Shown: positions 41,301-54,885, numbered from the whole stretch's first letter. The stretch is 56,171 nucleotides of DNA, filler included, from Platydemus manokwari (GCA_037951405.1; 5 parts of 5 records of this genome joined end to end with filler, not necessarily neighbours in it), one strand, 5' to 3'. The notes: generated from the letters alone by a model not told the origin. A program made the numbers and translations.

Positions 41301-43039
41301 TGATTAAGGCATAAGTTAGAAATTGGTTTCGTTTTTAAACATCTTTGAAAGGAGATCACAACTGATTTGCCGAAATTAATGCATTCAAACAAATAAATAA
41401 TCATTTGCTATTTTTTAGATTTTATTTCATCGAATATTGACAGTAAAACTATTCATCAAATTGGAGAAGTGTTTTCATTTCCAATTCGTTTCTCTAATCC
41501 GATAACAATTGTTCTGTGAATTGATGGCAATTTTTAATGATAAAATTCAATAAATTCGAATGAATATCAATTGAAAACTATTTCGAATTCGACGTTTTAT
41601 CTAATCAAATATTTTTCTGAAAAATATCATTAAAATCATTCCGATATGTCTGATGTCAAACACAAGCCACTGACTCATAGAACGATTCATAAAAGGGATA
41701 AAATAAAAAAAAACCAACTCAACTCAAATTCCGTCTTTCATAAATGGAGAGAAATTATTTTACTGCTGTTAGAAAATTTGTTTTTGTTTTTAAATATTTC
41801 GTTCTGTGATTTGATTTTGGCTTTAACTAAATCGACCAATATAAAACCATCGGGTTGCAATAAACATGTTTCCAATATAATTTAACAAAACTGATTTTCA
41901 AATAATTTTCTAATACTTCTACATCGAGTTCTCTGAAAAGACAATTTTTTCAAGAGATTACCCAAGATAATGATAAGCTCATTCGAAAATCCAGTGATAA
42001 GAAAATAAAATTATTCTCCGCTTTAAATGATGATTATCATCAACTTTATCCTTGAATAATCTCTCTCTCTTTCTGTCAAAACTTTATAATTGAAAAAATA
42101 AATCAATAAATATATGAATAAATAAATAAAAATACAAATCTAATCGATAAATATTCGTAAGCATAAATAATATTCAAAATACATTTAAAATATTCATAGA
42201 ATATCATAGATATTAGCATAAATCAATGATCTGCTATACATTCCAAAAATTATTAAGATCAATAATAAGAGATATACATCAATAGTCATAGATATTTGCA
42301 TATTTACCTCAATGAGGCCTTTAGTCATAATTTTAGTTGTTTAAAATTTACGGATATTTGATATGAAATTACAACGTTCGAGTTCATAAGCCAGAAATTT
42401 GATATACAGAAATCACCAATCTTTACCTGCACTTTATTATTAGCATGGCATCGCCAGCCCATCGATAGTTCATCCAAACACAATGAAATATCTCCGCCTG
42501 AACTTGAAAATGAAAGCTTTTTACTATTATCCAACAACTGTCCGTTGATTTTGAATTCCGATAGAATCACACTTTCTACAGCTTCTTTGGTATCAGGTAT
42601 CAAATGGACACGAATGACATGATCCACCTCTGATGATAGTGGTTGAGAAAATGCTAAAATTCTCAATCGAATTGAGACCGATGACTCTGATAGAGGCGAT
42701 TGACAACCCGTAATACAGATCATTTGAAGTTGATCAATTATTAATTGAGCCGAGGTTGAATCTAGTTGAGCATAAATGTTTCGTTCCGATCGATTTACTG
42801 GTCGAATTGTGGACAGCTCCTTTTTGAAAATACCGAATTAAGGAAAAACTGAATTCTTAATTACCATACCTTCCACAATGGAGGGATTTGGCTATTTTGA
42901 AATCGAGCACTGAGAACCCGGATATTCCAGTCACTGCATTGTGTATTAGCACAATGAGGTATTGTGAGTATTACAGGTTTTTGAAGCCGTATATGTGGTG
43001 GACCGCAGAGTATAACAGGACTTAGTAACATTTCCATCA
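35314..43039 (-). CDS. unc5: UNC5-like netrin receptor, intracellular part (ZU5-UPA-death domain), four exons, partial at both ends
   Basis: Exons 43039-42870 (LLSPVILCGPPHIRLQKPVILTIPHCA, ZU5), 42819-42427 and 40968-40700 (UPA: IRVHLIPDTKEA, GWRC, VW..HFLLEH), and 35397-35314 (RLSFTTRQQLWPLLDPSWQALANHM, start of the death domain). Splice phases are consistent. An UNC5CL-like gene cannot be excluded without the extracellular exons. Confidence 0.8.
35722..35883 (+). repeat. Dispersed ~160-bp repeat, copy 3
   Basis: GTGAGCATTTTAAATC...TTTCAGTTCGTTATCGATGTGTGTTTTATAAAATAGTAGCTGCTTACAGTAATAA. Confidence 0.8.
37008..37100 (-). repeat. Dispersed repeat, diverged copy 4
   Basis: TGTTAGCCGCTACTATTTAAAAAACCACAC is a reverse-complement match to the core. 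Confidence 0.5.
37924..38096 (-). repeat. Dispersed ~160-bp repeat, copy 5
   Basis: TGTAAGCCGCTACTATTTTATAAAACACGTATCGAAAACGAACTGAAAGGCCACGACATCAAA. Confidence 0.8.
38319..38480 (-). repeat. Dispersed ~160-bp repeat, copy 6
   Basis: TGTAAGCCTCTACTATTTTATAAAGCACGCATCGAAAACCAATTGAAAAGCCACGACATCAAA...TTCAAATGCTCAC. Confidence 0.8.
40000..40420 (+). mobile_element. Decayed Tc1/mariner-type transposase remnant in a UNC5 intron
   Basis: TLTNEANF*FDG (cf. FSDEAHF.L.G) and VTV*RGLSVQSVTVSFFQ (cf. VTVWCG.S...IGPFFF). Confidence 0.45.
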
Positions 43040-43092
43040 CTACAAAATAGAAAAACAATCAAATCAATTTAAATACCTGATTTCTGTACTCA

Positions 43093-43243
43093 TAATAATA
43101 ACGATAATAATAATTATAATAATAATGATGATAATAATAATAATAAAATAATAACAATAACAATAATAATAAAATTAATAATTATTATTTAAATAAAAAT
43201 AATAATATTAATAATTATACACTACTACAACACTGATATTTAA

Positions 43244-43312
<69 letters not shown>
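43093..43312. repeat. (AAT)n-rich microsatellite tract at a contig end
   Basis: Imperfect, then perfect, AAT run up to the gap. Confidence 0.95.
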
Positions 43313-43412
43313 NNNNNNNNNNNNNNNNNNNNNNNNNNNNNNNNNNNNNNNNNNNNTTAATTAATTAANNNNNNNNNNNNNNNNNNNNNNNNNNNNNNNN
43401 NNNNNNNNNNNN
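43313..43412. other. Artificial contig linker
   Basis: N44-TTAATTAATTAA-N44. Confidence 0.97.
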
Positions 43413-43594
43413 TTACTATGCAAAATGTACTTTAAATAAATAAATATTTTTCAAAAAAAACCGAAATTTTAAGGTTATACACCTAATAAAACAAAACAAC
43501 AGTAAGAAAAAACTAAATGTATTAAGTTACTTTAATGCGCAAAAAACCATAATAACAGTAAGAACTAATAATGGTAAATAAAAAGAAATTTCAT

Positions 43595-43885
43595 ATAAAA
43601 TGTTTGAAATTTTCACCATCTTGCTTCGAACAAAGATTGCATAGTTTCCCGAAGCTTGAATAACATTTACTTCTTGATTGATGATTATTAATTCACGTGA
43701 AATTGCTACTTCAAGTTCGTTCAGCGTTGTATAATTGTTATGGAATGCATAAACTCGATCTTTGATATAGCTCCATAGTCAAAAGTCCAATATCATGAGG
43801 TGTGGAGATCTTGGTGGCCATTCCTTTGGTCCTTTACCACCAATCCACCGCAATGGAAAATGTTGATCAAGCCATATTGTAATAA
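43595..43885 (-). mobile_element. Tc1/mariner (Tc3-like) transposase C-terminal fragment
   Basis: WLDQHFPLRWIGGKGPKEWPPRSPHLMILDF*LWSYIKDRVY...LNELEVAI...QDGENFKHF. Matches the WPPRSPDLTPLDFFLWG motif. Confidence 0.85.
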
Positions 43886-44038
43886 TGTAACTGATTAATA
43901 AGAAATCAGAAATAAAGTACATTAATCAGTGAATAATAATTAATATTAATGAGTATAAATATGTAGTATAAATTATATTGCGTTTTGTTGTTTAATTTTA
44001 GTTTTAGAGACGTAGACTTATGAATCGCACGGCATATA

Positions 44039-45354
44039 TACAATGTTTTTCTTATTATAAGCGGTATCCCGAAAGTAAGAGGTAGCATGTTTTTTGCTTG
44101 CAAAAAAATAAGCGGCCCTCCGAATATAAGCGGTAGTAAATATAAATACTACATAAATAAAAACTATAAATATGTAATTAATATGTATACATATATATCA
44201 ATCAAGAATTTATTAAATCAATATTTCAAATTTTCAAAGACTTTCAAATGAATATAATTCTACCATCATAAATGGCTGAAAGTTACACCATAGAATATAA
44301 GAAGTCGATGGTAGAAGAATCTCGAGACAAGAACCTGCAAGGAAAAGAACCTTAACATAAAGATGGTTCAAAGATGGAGATCTTCTTATACAAAGCTATC
44401 CAAGTCAGTTGCAGATGTGAACAATAAAAAGAGAAAGGATGGGACTTGAAGGACTCCAGCAATAAATGAATTAGAAAATACCATAACTGATTAGATCATT
44501 GACCGGAGAGCAATCTATATTCCTTAAACAAGTTATGGAAGCTAGATGGTTACCTGTATTCTTGAACTTCGTTTAAACGGAATAAAGGCAACGCCTTTTA
44601 TTATTATTAAAGGAAAGAAAAATAAAATTGAGCAGTTGTCTGGTGTGTACATTCTGGAAACAGAAAAGGCATGGAGTACCCGAGCAGCAATTGACCTAAT
44701 GTTGCCAATGGTTTTGAGAGGCAATAGAAGAAGTTTGCTTATATGGGATTCAGCCAGCACTCATTGTGCCAGTGATATGAAGAATTTTCTTAAAGTGAGA
44801 GGCGTTGATCAAATAATGATACAGGCTAGAATGACAGGGTACCCTTAAAGTTTAGATTTGGTGATAAATAAGCCATTTAAGGGCAATCTTAGATTAGAAA
44901 TCAATGAGTATATTGATAAGAGAATGATGAGAAATGAAAAGGGGGATTTTGTAGAACCGAATCTACAAGAAAATTAAAGTTGGTTAGTAATGCCTGGGCT
45001 AAATTTAATGATAACTGTGTCAAAAAAGCTTTTTAGGCTACCTATCTAAACAAGTCGGCTTCGTTTGAAGAAAGCTTCATAGCAAAAAATGAGATTAGGA
45101 CCACTTATCCAAATTAAACTTAATTCACATGAATTATTTGAGTGTTCAAAATCTTGTTTTTTGAAGATTTCGCAGAAGAGGACGATTTAATTGTGTATCT
45201 TTTTATAAACATTTGAAATATTTTAATACAAATATATTATGATTTTTTAAGTAATCGGTAAAAAAAATAAGCGGCTCTCCAAATATAAGCTGTACCGCAT
45301 TTTTTTCGTCGGAAAATAATATAAGCGGCCGCTTATAGTATATAAGTTTAAGTA
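44039..45354 (+). mobile_element. pogo/Tigger-like DNA transposon, degenerate
   Basis: DDE_1-type peptide VTCIL..NGIKATPFIIIKGK...SLLIWDSASTH...MTGYP*SLDLVINKPFK. Subterminal ATAAGCGG repeats at both ends, e.g. AAAAATAAGCGGC(C/T)CTCC(G/A)AATATAAGC at ~44104 and ~45263, and an inverted CCGCTTATA at ~45329. Confidence 0.85.
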
Positions 45355-45664
45355 AATGTCAATAATCTTAATTGGGGAAAATATGATCTTAATAAAATAC
45401 TAAATAACATAATAATTTATGAATTTAATTTAATCGATAAATAAAATCAATTAATATTATTAGTCCATTATACAACAAGGAGAATGATTTTTCAGGAGTC
45501 TGACTTCAATTTTTTAAAATAATTTTTCTTTTAAATACTCGTTTAAATATTCTCTAAATAAATGAATGTTGTGTTTAAATAAATAAATGATTGATTAGCT
45601 ATCAAGAAAAGACTTTGCAATTTTATCAAAGATGAGTTTGTTCAACTTCAACAATTAACTATTT

Positions 45665-46207
45665 CTAATTAAAGTTACCGATATCACTTCTAGGTGGAAG
45701 ACTGATACTCCTATTATAATCAGGATTTTCAATTGTCAAATGTTTTCGAACAGCAGCCGTTATCATCTATAGCAATTAAATGTCAACACAAAATCATAAA
45801 TATCTCTTCCTACTTTAATATGATCAAAATCTCTAATTCCCATTTGTACTAGGTTTGAGGCTTCCATCAAAATCAATCTTTGTCCATTAATTTTATTTGT
45901 TTCTACTGCGTTCTATAAACGAATAATAAATGAATTTTATTTCCTTATTGAAATACTATTTCCCATAATCTTTATTAAAATATTATTAAATTTGATAAAT
46001 TGTGTTACTGAAAGTGTAGTTGATAAAGCTGCCCATTACCATATATTGCGGTAAGCCTATCTCTTTCATTAAATTTGCTACATCAGAAATTGACCAAAAC
46101 AATGCTCTGGGAACTCGTAGATCGTCTTCATCATCTCTGTTTTTAATCCAACTTTCATTTACCTCTTCGCAAGTTTTTTCTGTTTTCGCTAAAAAATCTT
46201 GATCCAT
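45665..46207 (-). CDS. Small sterile alpha motif (SAM) protein, SAMD15-like; 3' end uncertain
   Basis: Exons 46207-46040 (ALFWSISDVANLMKEIGLPQYM), 45912-45814 (NAVETNKINGQRLILMEASNLVQMGIRDFDHIK) and 45766-45665 (MITAAVRKHLTIENPDYNRSISLPPRSDIG). The SAM consensus W...V.....GL..Y...N.I.G..L is present. Confidence 0.8.
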
Positions 46208-46699
46208 TGATTTATTAAAACGTTTATCAAAGTGGTGAATATTTTTTTGAATTTATAAATTATTTTTGTTTCATCATAGTTTTTGCTAGTAGATTTTCAC
46301 AAATTTGTTCAATTTCACTAAAATTAATTTCAAGTAAATTTTAATAGATATCAAGTAGCATTTGATATTTCCAAGTGAATTGAAAAAAATATAAAATATA
46401 GAATTCATTTGGAAATGTAAAAACTAGAAATTTGTTAAGTTGCTGAAAAGTTTAAAATGGGTGTTCGGCAAATCTTTCGCTGAACTTCGTTGTTTACGAA
46501 ATTTAGCATTATTTAATTTTAAAAAACGTACTTGGGAGATTGGAAAATTTATTTGTGTTTATTAAATTAAAAACCAAAAATGAAGTATGAAACAAGTTTC
46601 AGATGTCATTATGAAAAGTAGCTAACTTTGACTCAAAATTTTTTAATATAAAATCAACTAACTTGTGACTTTGTAGTCCCGATATGATGGTCAATCAGT

Positions 46700-49600
46700 T
46701 ATCGAATTTCAAGTGATTATACAATATTTATTAGTGTTTGTATTCATATTTATGTTTGTGTGTGTCGGAAAAGTGGCAACTATTGCGTCTTATATTTTCT
46801 TTGTATTACCATGGTATATGTTCCAGATGATATATGTCTCTATTGCTGTTTAGTAGGTCACAAAAACAACCAAAACCTTCAAGGAAACCATGGAAATAGC
46901 CCTCAAAGGGTTGATAAACGCAGATTTGATAAGTACAGGTGTCAATAACCAATCAGATTCTTCCAATATTTCAATTCATATTTATAGTTCAATAATCAAC
47001 TTCCACAAACTAACAAAGGCTATTAGTATATTGATTTTTTCGATGATTTCAAATAATGCTATCACAAACATTATCCGCTGCATTATTTTTGTGTTTTCTC
47101 GTGCTATTCTTTTTGGTTTTCGTATGACTTAATTCATTTGGCATAGTATTTAATCATTCATTGATTTATATTTTGTTTTATTGTATCTCTATATCATTCT
47201 TCTTGGTTTTTATTAACCAAACACAAAATGATCAGTGAGCTTCTTTGGTTATTTCTTTCTTTAAATATAAATTGTCATCTAACACTTCTTATATTATTTG
47301 ATTAATTACCACTTCTATTTTATTTTCATATTTTTGTTACATTTTCACATTGACCAAATATTCATCATCAAGTATCTCCATTTTTTTTAAACTTTTCAAA
47401 ATTCTTTTTTCGTTTATTTAATTACTTGTTATCCAATATCTTAACATTTTCCCTTTGTATGTGCATTGAAGCGTTTCGTTGTTATTCCATTCATATTTTG
47501 TGGTCTATAATAATATACTACCACAACATTTATTAGTTTATGGCATCCCTGGTGAATCCTTATGAAATTTCCTATAAGTTCTTTTGAATCTTAGTATATT
47601 CATGAATAATCATCTGTGAAATACATTTTGGTTTTATATTGTTCATATATTTCTATGTCTCATCTAGATCTGTGATTTTTATGTCTAATACCTTATGAAT
47701 AACAGGTTTTGTACCTACTGTTATCATGTCTGGTACTCATTTTTTCTGGTGTGTTCAAGTTTTTTATTTAACTAAGGCCAGCATCTTTAAATCCATTGAT
47801 ATTTAACATTTTATTTCTATGTCCTCAAGTTCCATATATTTTGATTTTAGTTTTTTCTTCCAGATTGATTGGTCTTTTATTTTTATGTTTCTTTTTTTAC
47901 TGTTATAACCCTTTGGCTTTTCTCGTCTTGTTATTTTTGAACATGACTTTAATATATATAGGTATAGGCAATAATAACATCAGATGTGTCTGCCTTTATT
48001 CACTTTATTTTGAGAGAATCCTCTTTTCTTTTCTCATTCTCTATGACTATCATCTAGTTCTGCCTGAGCTTGTATCTGCCAAGAACCAATATATGTTTGA
48101 ATCTCGTTTACAATTGGAACCACCATTAGTCCTGGGGTCTCCATAATTCCATATGATCTTGCTGAATACAGTGATTTTTTACGATTTTTTAACAATCCAA
48201 TAATAATTATTAATATTATGATCATTGTTATAATTATTATTTCACTTAAATGGATTTTCCTTCTGTTATTCCATCATTAAAACCAATTATTATTTTTTCC
48301 AATTTCGTCCATAACTTTGTATGTTTCCTTGATTTCAATTCTATTTTTGATTATTATGTGAAAAGACCCAAAGATCAATTAAATTATTACAGTGACCAAG
48401 CGTCACAAATTAATTAAATTTCTGTTCAATACATGAATCAAAAAGAGCAGAATCAGTCGAACTCCGTAGAAACAATAAGATAAACATCTTCATTTTATCA
48501 AAAAATTCAGTGCTCCACATCATGCCATCAACAAAGTTTAGAGATTACTTCCAAATAAAATGAAAGTAATATTGATAAACGCAATTTGAGAGTCATTAAA
48601 ATTAAATCACTAAAAATTATAGTCTTGAAAGTTTATCAAAAAAAATTATCTATGATATAAAAAGAAGATCCAATGTATAAATATACGTGTAATTCAATAA
48701 TTATTTATTTACGGCATTAGGAAAGGTAAGCGAAACCCAAATACATATTGAGAATACTAGCAAACAACCAAGAAGAAAACTACAACAACGTCTTCGTGCA
48801 CCCACAGCATCTTCGAATGGATGCGTGCCATTATAAAACAAAATCACATTTAGAAGAAATAGAGCACAACACGTTTCCAAATGTAAAATATCAAAGGCAC
48901 GGGATCCGGCCCGAATAATGACTGTAAGAACAGTGACTGTCAATACAGCGACTACACAATAGTGATTTTAATAAAACAGCGTCTGACACAAAAGCGACTT
49001 TATTATCAACAGAATAGAAGAAGTTACATGTGCTCCCAAGGTCTAAGTGTGTAGTTGTATTATTTTTTGAAATAATTTTAGAATAAAATATATTCAAAAG
49101 GTAGCAAAAAATTTTGTTTAATAATTAATTTTTACTTGTTCCTGTTTATATATTGGTGTTCACCTTGTAAGATAAGTTCAATAGGGTGTTTAGCCTTTTT
49201 TCTAATTGACAATAACGTCAGTTTTTCAAATTTTTCTCTGACATAAACAGTACCGAGAGTACTGTTTTCTAATTTTTCACATTTGTATTACTATAATAGA
49301 CCTGCTTCTTCTCTTTTCGTTAGGATACATGATCTCCTTCCAATATTTGTAGATACCTTAAAACCTAATTATTTTAGTTTTATCTTATACAATATTCAGA
49401 AACACCTAATTTATTGGCAATTTGTACGTTGCTCAAACCTTCATTTACTGATCTGGTCAGTTTACTTACATCAAAATTTATCAATATGTTGCTGTTATGC
49501 TAATAGCTCTTATCATACAATCACTATCATGTGATCGCTATTGTGAAGTCGCTCTATTGCCAGTCGCTATTCAGAACCTGAGCTTTCAAGGCACATTTTC

Positions 49601-50650
49601 ATCAGTAAATTCTGTTTCGTTAGAGATCTCCACCTAGCCATACATAAGATTCGAGGCAAAATTAATATGTAAACATTAATTTACCCCATAACAGGTAATA
49701 GCATCAACATCGGGTATTTGCCGCTGTGACCAACTATCAAGAAAACTTTGAGAATGACCACAAGCCAATTAGCAATGATACTGTTGTGTTTTGATCAGTT
49801 TCTGTTAGTATCATTTCAAGACCATAGATACAGCAGTTTACTTTAAATTTAAATATTTTTCACCTCGCATTACAATATTGTATTGAGACAATGTGTAGCC
49901 CCAGTGGTCCTATATTTTCCATGGCCAGTCTCAATTTATTTACCTTATACTGGCTGACACCAATAGTACTATTGTAACCCATAATTAATACTTTTACTAT
50001 CAATAAAAAAATTGTTGTCTTCTAAAGTTGCAGTTTTCCAAGATATGATTTAAACTCGTGGCTAGAAATTATGATATTGTTATTCAAAGTTGTGGTTCAA
50101 AATTTTGGTTTAAACTTTTATTTTCGAAATGGTGTTCTACTTAATTATTAGGGGCTTATTCATACATCTTATTTTACGGCCATATGAAAATTTAATGTAT
50201 TTTCTAGAATGATTACGTTTCCATATGCTTATTCATGTATTTCTTAAAATATGTTTTTATTTTTATTCATGTATTTTCTAAATACGTTTTATTATTTCCT
50301 TGTATTTTTTTAAAATGTAGCTTATTTTCCTTGCAAAAGGTTCTTTTATTTCAATTAATTATTATTATTTTATCGAAATTACTTCCCCTTTTCCCTTTTT
50401 TACATAAAAAAATAAAAATCGTAATTCTATATAATTATTATTGTTAATCAATTATTAATCAATTATTAATCATAATTCTTACAATTTTTTATAAAAATAT
50501 CACATAACAATCACTGCTCAAATATTGTTTGTCAATCAAAACATTAAAATATTAATTATTAATCATAAAATCAATCAAAATAACAATTGTCGTTAATATT
50601 TGAACTCCACCACTGCTCTCGCTAACTCTCCGCTTCGCTCTGCTATACTC
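46700..50650 (-). mobile_element. Possible heavily decayed LINE; limits approximate
   Basis: Long strand-biased (A-rich minus strand) region with short broken ORFs and no spliceable host exons. Only weak resemblance to LINE ORF2 segments. Confidence 0.25.
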
Positions 50651-52008
50651 ATTCCGTTTTGCAATATCCATTGTCAAGGATTTGTGTGTTATGCTATGTA
50701 AGCGCTGGGTGGGTTTGTATGTGCTCTAAATTTAGATGTTTATTTTATTGTGTGGCTGCTGTTTATAAGGTTAAAATTTGTTTTACACATATAGCTGCTA
50801 GGTGGGTGATCTCAACATTTATATTCTGCTTAACTTTTACGTGATTTTTCTGACACACAGTCCCTGTGATTGTTTTTTGTTAAGCCTATTTAACTTCCAG
50901 GTACTACTCCCGCTATTGTTGATTTAGATTGATTGAGCTTAGTGGCAAATCAGGTTTTGTAATCTATTGTGATTTATAGATACAATTTTCAGTATTCAGC
51001 AAAGGTTGATATCATAACATAGCAAAATAAGATTCCAGAATGAGTAGAGGTCGATAAATAGGAATATTATAAATTTTAAAATATGATTTTAGAAAGACTT
51101 ATACTTACCTGACACGGAAATTTCAGATATGAAAAATAGGCATAAACGGATTGTCGATCAAAGACCAAGAACTGTCTTCACGTTTCTATGGAATTATTTA
51201 ATCGTATCGTGATTTGTGTAATTGTGTTACAATAACAGTAATTGTGTTTACTGGCATCCTTATATACTATTTTCAATATATTCAAAAGATTGTTTATCGA
51301 GAGCGTTCGATGCAACGAAATTCAGATGAAATGTAAATGCTGTCAGAGGTTGAAGGGTTAAAACATTGACAAATTTTGAACTGAAATTAAACACAGATAA
51401 CCGAGTACTTGAACTTTATAATGATCTTATTAACGACAAAATTTTTAAGACATAATTTCTAGATCAAATATTTGAAAATAACTTACAAAAGAAATATTTT
51501 GGTCACCATTTTTTATGCTAATAGCTTTCACTATCGTTTATTTTACTGAAACTTATTTTTTATTGAAAATTTTAATCAAATGCTTGTAAATATTTTCTTT
51601 CTGTTTAAAAATTATAAACTTATAATAAAACATTGAAATCTTAATTTAAATATAAAAAAATATTTCCATCGAATTTATTGAGAAATGAGAAACGATAGAT
51701 ACAATTTTTTTAAAATCTACTTTTACAACAAAGTATCGTAATTAATTTTATTTATCAAACTTTCAATTATTGACATTTTCGTAGTTAAATAAATTTATAA
51801 TTTTTTTGAAATATAAAATCGTTAATCCTATATATCAAAAAATAAAAATTTTCAAGCTTTTAAAAACAATTAAATTAGTATACAAGACAAATTATATCTT
51901 TGTCCATAGTTTTAACATAATTCTTATACAAGGTCATGTTGCATGTAATATTCCAGGGCGATCATCTAATTAAATGATGTCATCATAAATACAGAAATCA
52001 CTTTGAGA

Positions 52009-53430
52009 ATGTGTTTTCGACTTTTTAGATCAATTTCAACAATCCCATACTCTAATTTTCAACCCAAGCCATATGAAAATCAGAGTTATGACAAAATCAA
52101 ATCGATTCGGAAATCAATTCTGCCCCCATCTTTGATTAGTCATTTTAAAGAACCTTTATTAATCCATCAAGGTCATAAACAATGGTTATTTGATCATAAT
52201 AATAAAAGATACTTGGATATGTTTGGTGGAATAGTTACAGTATCACTAGGACATTGTCATCCTCGTATCAACGAGGCACTGAAACAACAAATAGAGAAAT
52301 TATGGCACACTACGAACATATATCTTCATCCTCAAATCCATGAGTATGCTGAGATGCTAGTCAGTAAATTCCCAGAACCTTTGAAAGTTGTTTGTTTCAC
52401 AAATAGTGGTAGTGAAGCTAATGATTTAGCTTTTTTAATGGCTAAATTATATACAAAGAGAAATGAAATAATAACTTTGCGCAATTCTTATCATGGAATG
52501 AGTGCATTTTCAATGGGAGCAACAAATCATTCAAATTTCAGATATAATGCCGTTACTCACAATGGATTCGTTCCAACAATGAATCCTGATCCTTACAGAG
52601 GTGTTTGGGGTGGTGCAAATTGTCGAGATTCACCTGTTCAAACAGATCGAAAATGCCATTGTGTGCCAGGTACTTGTGAAGCATGCGATAAATATATTGA
52701 TCAATTGGAAGATGTTCTAAGATTTTCGACTCCAAAATCAGGAATTGCAGGCTTTATAGCTGAAAGCATACAAGGGATTGGAGGAACAGTCCAATTTCCG
52801 AAAGATTTTTTATCTCGAGCATATTCAATTATTAGAAACCACGGTGGTGTTTGTATCGCTGATGAGGTGCAAACAGGGTTCGGTAGACTTGGGGAAAAAT
52901 TTTGGGGTTTTCAACATCATTGTGTTGTTCCAGATATTGTAACTTTGGCAAAAGGAATTGGTAATGGATTTCCTCTAGCTGCAGTTGTCACAACAAAAGA
53001 CATAGCAGAGTCATTAACAAGTGGTCAAACTTTCAATACTTTTGGTGGTAATCCAATGGCATGTGCTGTTGGGATAGAAGTACTAAAAGTAATAGACGAT
53101 GAGAAATTGATCGCGAATTGTAAAGAAGTAGGAACATATTTTTTATTAAAATTGAAATCCCTAAAAGATAAATACGAAATAATTGGAGATGTTCGCGGAA
53201 AAGGGTTGATGATTGGTGTAGAACTTGTAGAATCTCAGAAGAATAACAAACCTTTGTCTGGTGATAAAATGAGTGAATTATGGGAAAATATTAAGGATAT
53301 GGGAGTTTTAGTTGGAAAAGGAGGATATTATGGAAATACTTTTAGAATTAAACCACCAATGTGCGTTACTAAAGAAGACGTCGATTTTACAATTAGTGTT
53401 ATGGATGCATGCTTGTCTAAAGTTAACTAA
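52009..53430 (+). CDS. AGXT2: Alanine--glyoxylate aminotransferase 2, class III PLP-dependent, intronless
   Basis: Single 473-codon ORF from ATG 52009. Motifs [38 protein letters not shown] (AGXT2-typical), [25 protein letters not shown] (PLP Lys), FNTFGGNP and RIKPPMC. The Arg/Ser-rich N-terminus resembles a mitochondrial presequence. Confidence 0.96.
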   Translation: MCFRLFRSISTIPYSNFQPKPYENQSYDKIKSIRKSILPPSLISHFKEPLLIHQGHKQWLFDHNNKRYLDMFGGIVTVSLGHCHPRINEALKQQIEKLWHTTNIYLHPQIHEYAEMLVSKFPEPLKVVCFTNSGSEANDLAFLMAKLYTKRNEIITLRNSYHGMSAFSMGATNHSNFRYNAVTHNGFVPTMNPDPYRGVWGGANCRDSPVQTDRKCHCVPGTCEACDKYIDQLEDVLRFSTPKSGIAGFIAESIQGIGGTVQFPKDFLSRAYSIIRNHGGVCIADEVQTGFGRLGEKFWGFQHHCVVPDIVTLAKGIGNGFPLAAVVTTKDIAESLTSGQTFNTFGGNPMACAVGIEVLKVIDDEKLIANCKEVGTYFLLKLKSLKDKYEIIGDVRGKGLMIGVELVESQKNNKPLSGDKMSELWENIKDMGVLVGKGGYYGNTFRIKPPMCVTKEDVDFTISVMDACLSKVN

Positions 53431-53873
53431 TTGATAATTTACTAATTCTGGTTTAAAAACATGAATTAATATTTTTATTTGTGATATATTTTTACATCTC
53501 TTTGTTACTTTTATTAAATCAGTATTCTAATAAAAGGAATGATTGCAAAATTTAAAATTTTCAATGGCAATCAACTTATTGTAGTATTTGCTATGTAATC
53601 AAAATTTAATTAACTTTATTTAAATTTAGACATAGTTTAGAAGAAACAGTTCGTAAAATTAATATTTTATTAAAACAGATTAAATAAATATCAGAAATAA
53701 TTCTAAAATTATTGTTTAAACGAATCTATAAAACTCAAAAGCAACAAGTACCAATTTAAAAATGGTACAATGAACCAAACCACCTTCACACTGCAATGAA
53801 TATCGAAAAAATCAAATGAAAAATTAATTATTTATTAACCATAGTATATGTGAATAAGCACAAATAAATTTCT

Positions 53874-54885
53874 TTAAGAATTTATTTGATGAGGAGGATA
53901 AACACTCATTTTCGATATAATAGAATCAATGTCATTTGGTTCTGTCGTCGAATTAGTATTTAAATAAGTTAGATTCATGTCGTACAAATCTTCGTCCGTC
54001 TGTAATATTTGAGAGGATTTATCTCTAGCGTCAACCTGAATTTAAAACCAATTCAATTAATCGAACCAAAACACAAACAAGTACCTCAACAATAAATTTC
54101 TTTTGTTCATTTTTATTTAAATAATTTTCTCGAAAAAAATCAATTAAATCCGCTTTGGTGATATGTTCAATATAATTCACATGTCGATATCGTCTATCGA
54201 AAACGAATTCCTCATTGAAAATTTCTTTCCAATTTCTCGTTTCCACATTGGACATTTGGATATCTTCTATCAATTTATTCGAGATAAAAGATGCTTTCTA
54301 CAGAATAATGAGTACCGTTGAATAAAATTTATTGATTATAAAAATTACAAAATCATTAAAATCGTCATTGGATAAATTTTCGATTGTTTCTAAAGCCAAA
54401 TCATCAAAGAACGAGTCCATCTTTTCGATGCAGTAATCGATGGAGAATTTATTCACTTGGCTTATCACATAGACGCACAATCCAATTATGCCTCGATTTT
54501 GCGTGGCACTTATCCCTACCGAATATCCAAGAGTTTCTTTAGTTCTTAGAAAGTCGAAACAGGGTTCGGATAAAACATGCTAGATTTTAGAAATAGATTA
54601 AAATAGGAAATTAGAAAAAATACAGCCAAGAATTCATTAAGTGCTTGTGTCTGAATTGTTCCTGGACCCAATTGATAATAAGTAATTATGACCGTATTAA
54701 CATCCTGGGGGTTGAGATTCAATACACGAATTCGTGTTTCTCCTATGGGAATCGATCTTATCAGTGGCTGAATCATTAAAATCAGAAAATCTTCATATAA
54801 CTAACCAAAAATTTACTCTTGTGATTGATTTACTGTCCTGTAATTTAAGATTATCAACGCAATATGTAAAACAATCCCTGGCTGT
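53874..54885 (-). CDS. NRD1: Nardilysin-like M16A metallopeptidase, last five exons
   Basis: Exons 54885-54817, 54767-54624 (VLNLNPQDVNTVIITYYQLGP), 54579-54348 (EPCFDFLRTKETLGYSV), 54297-54085 (RNWKEIFNEEFVFDR) and 54035-53874 (TAA). All four introns are phase 0 and 44-50 nt. Confidence 0.88.

Noticed and set aside
51101-51260. ATACTTACCTG, identical to the U1 snRNA 5' end
   Set aside because: Only 11 nt match. There is no U1A loop (TTGCAC) and no convincing U1 fold. It reads equally as a consensus donor site (CAG|GTAAGTAT) on the minus strand. An Infernal search with the U1 model would settle it.
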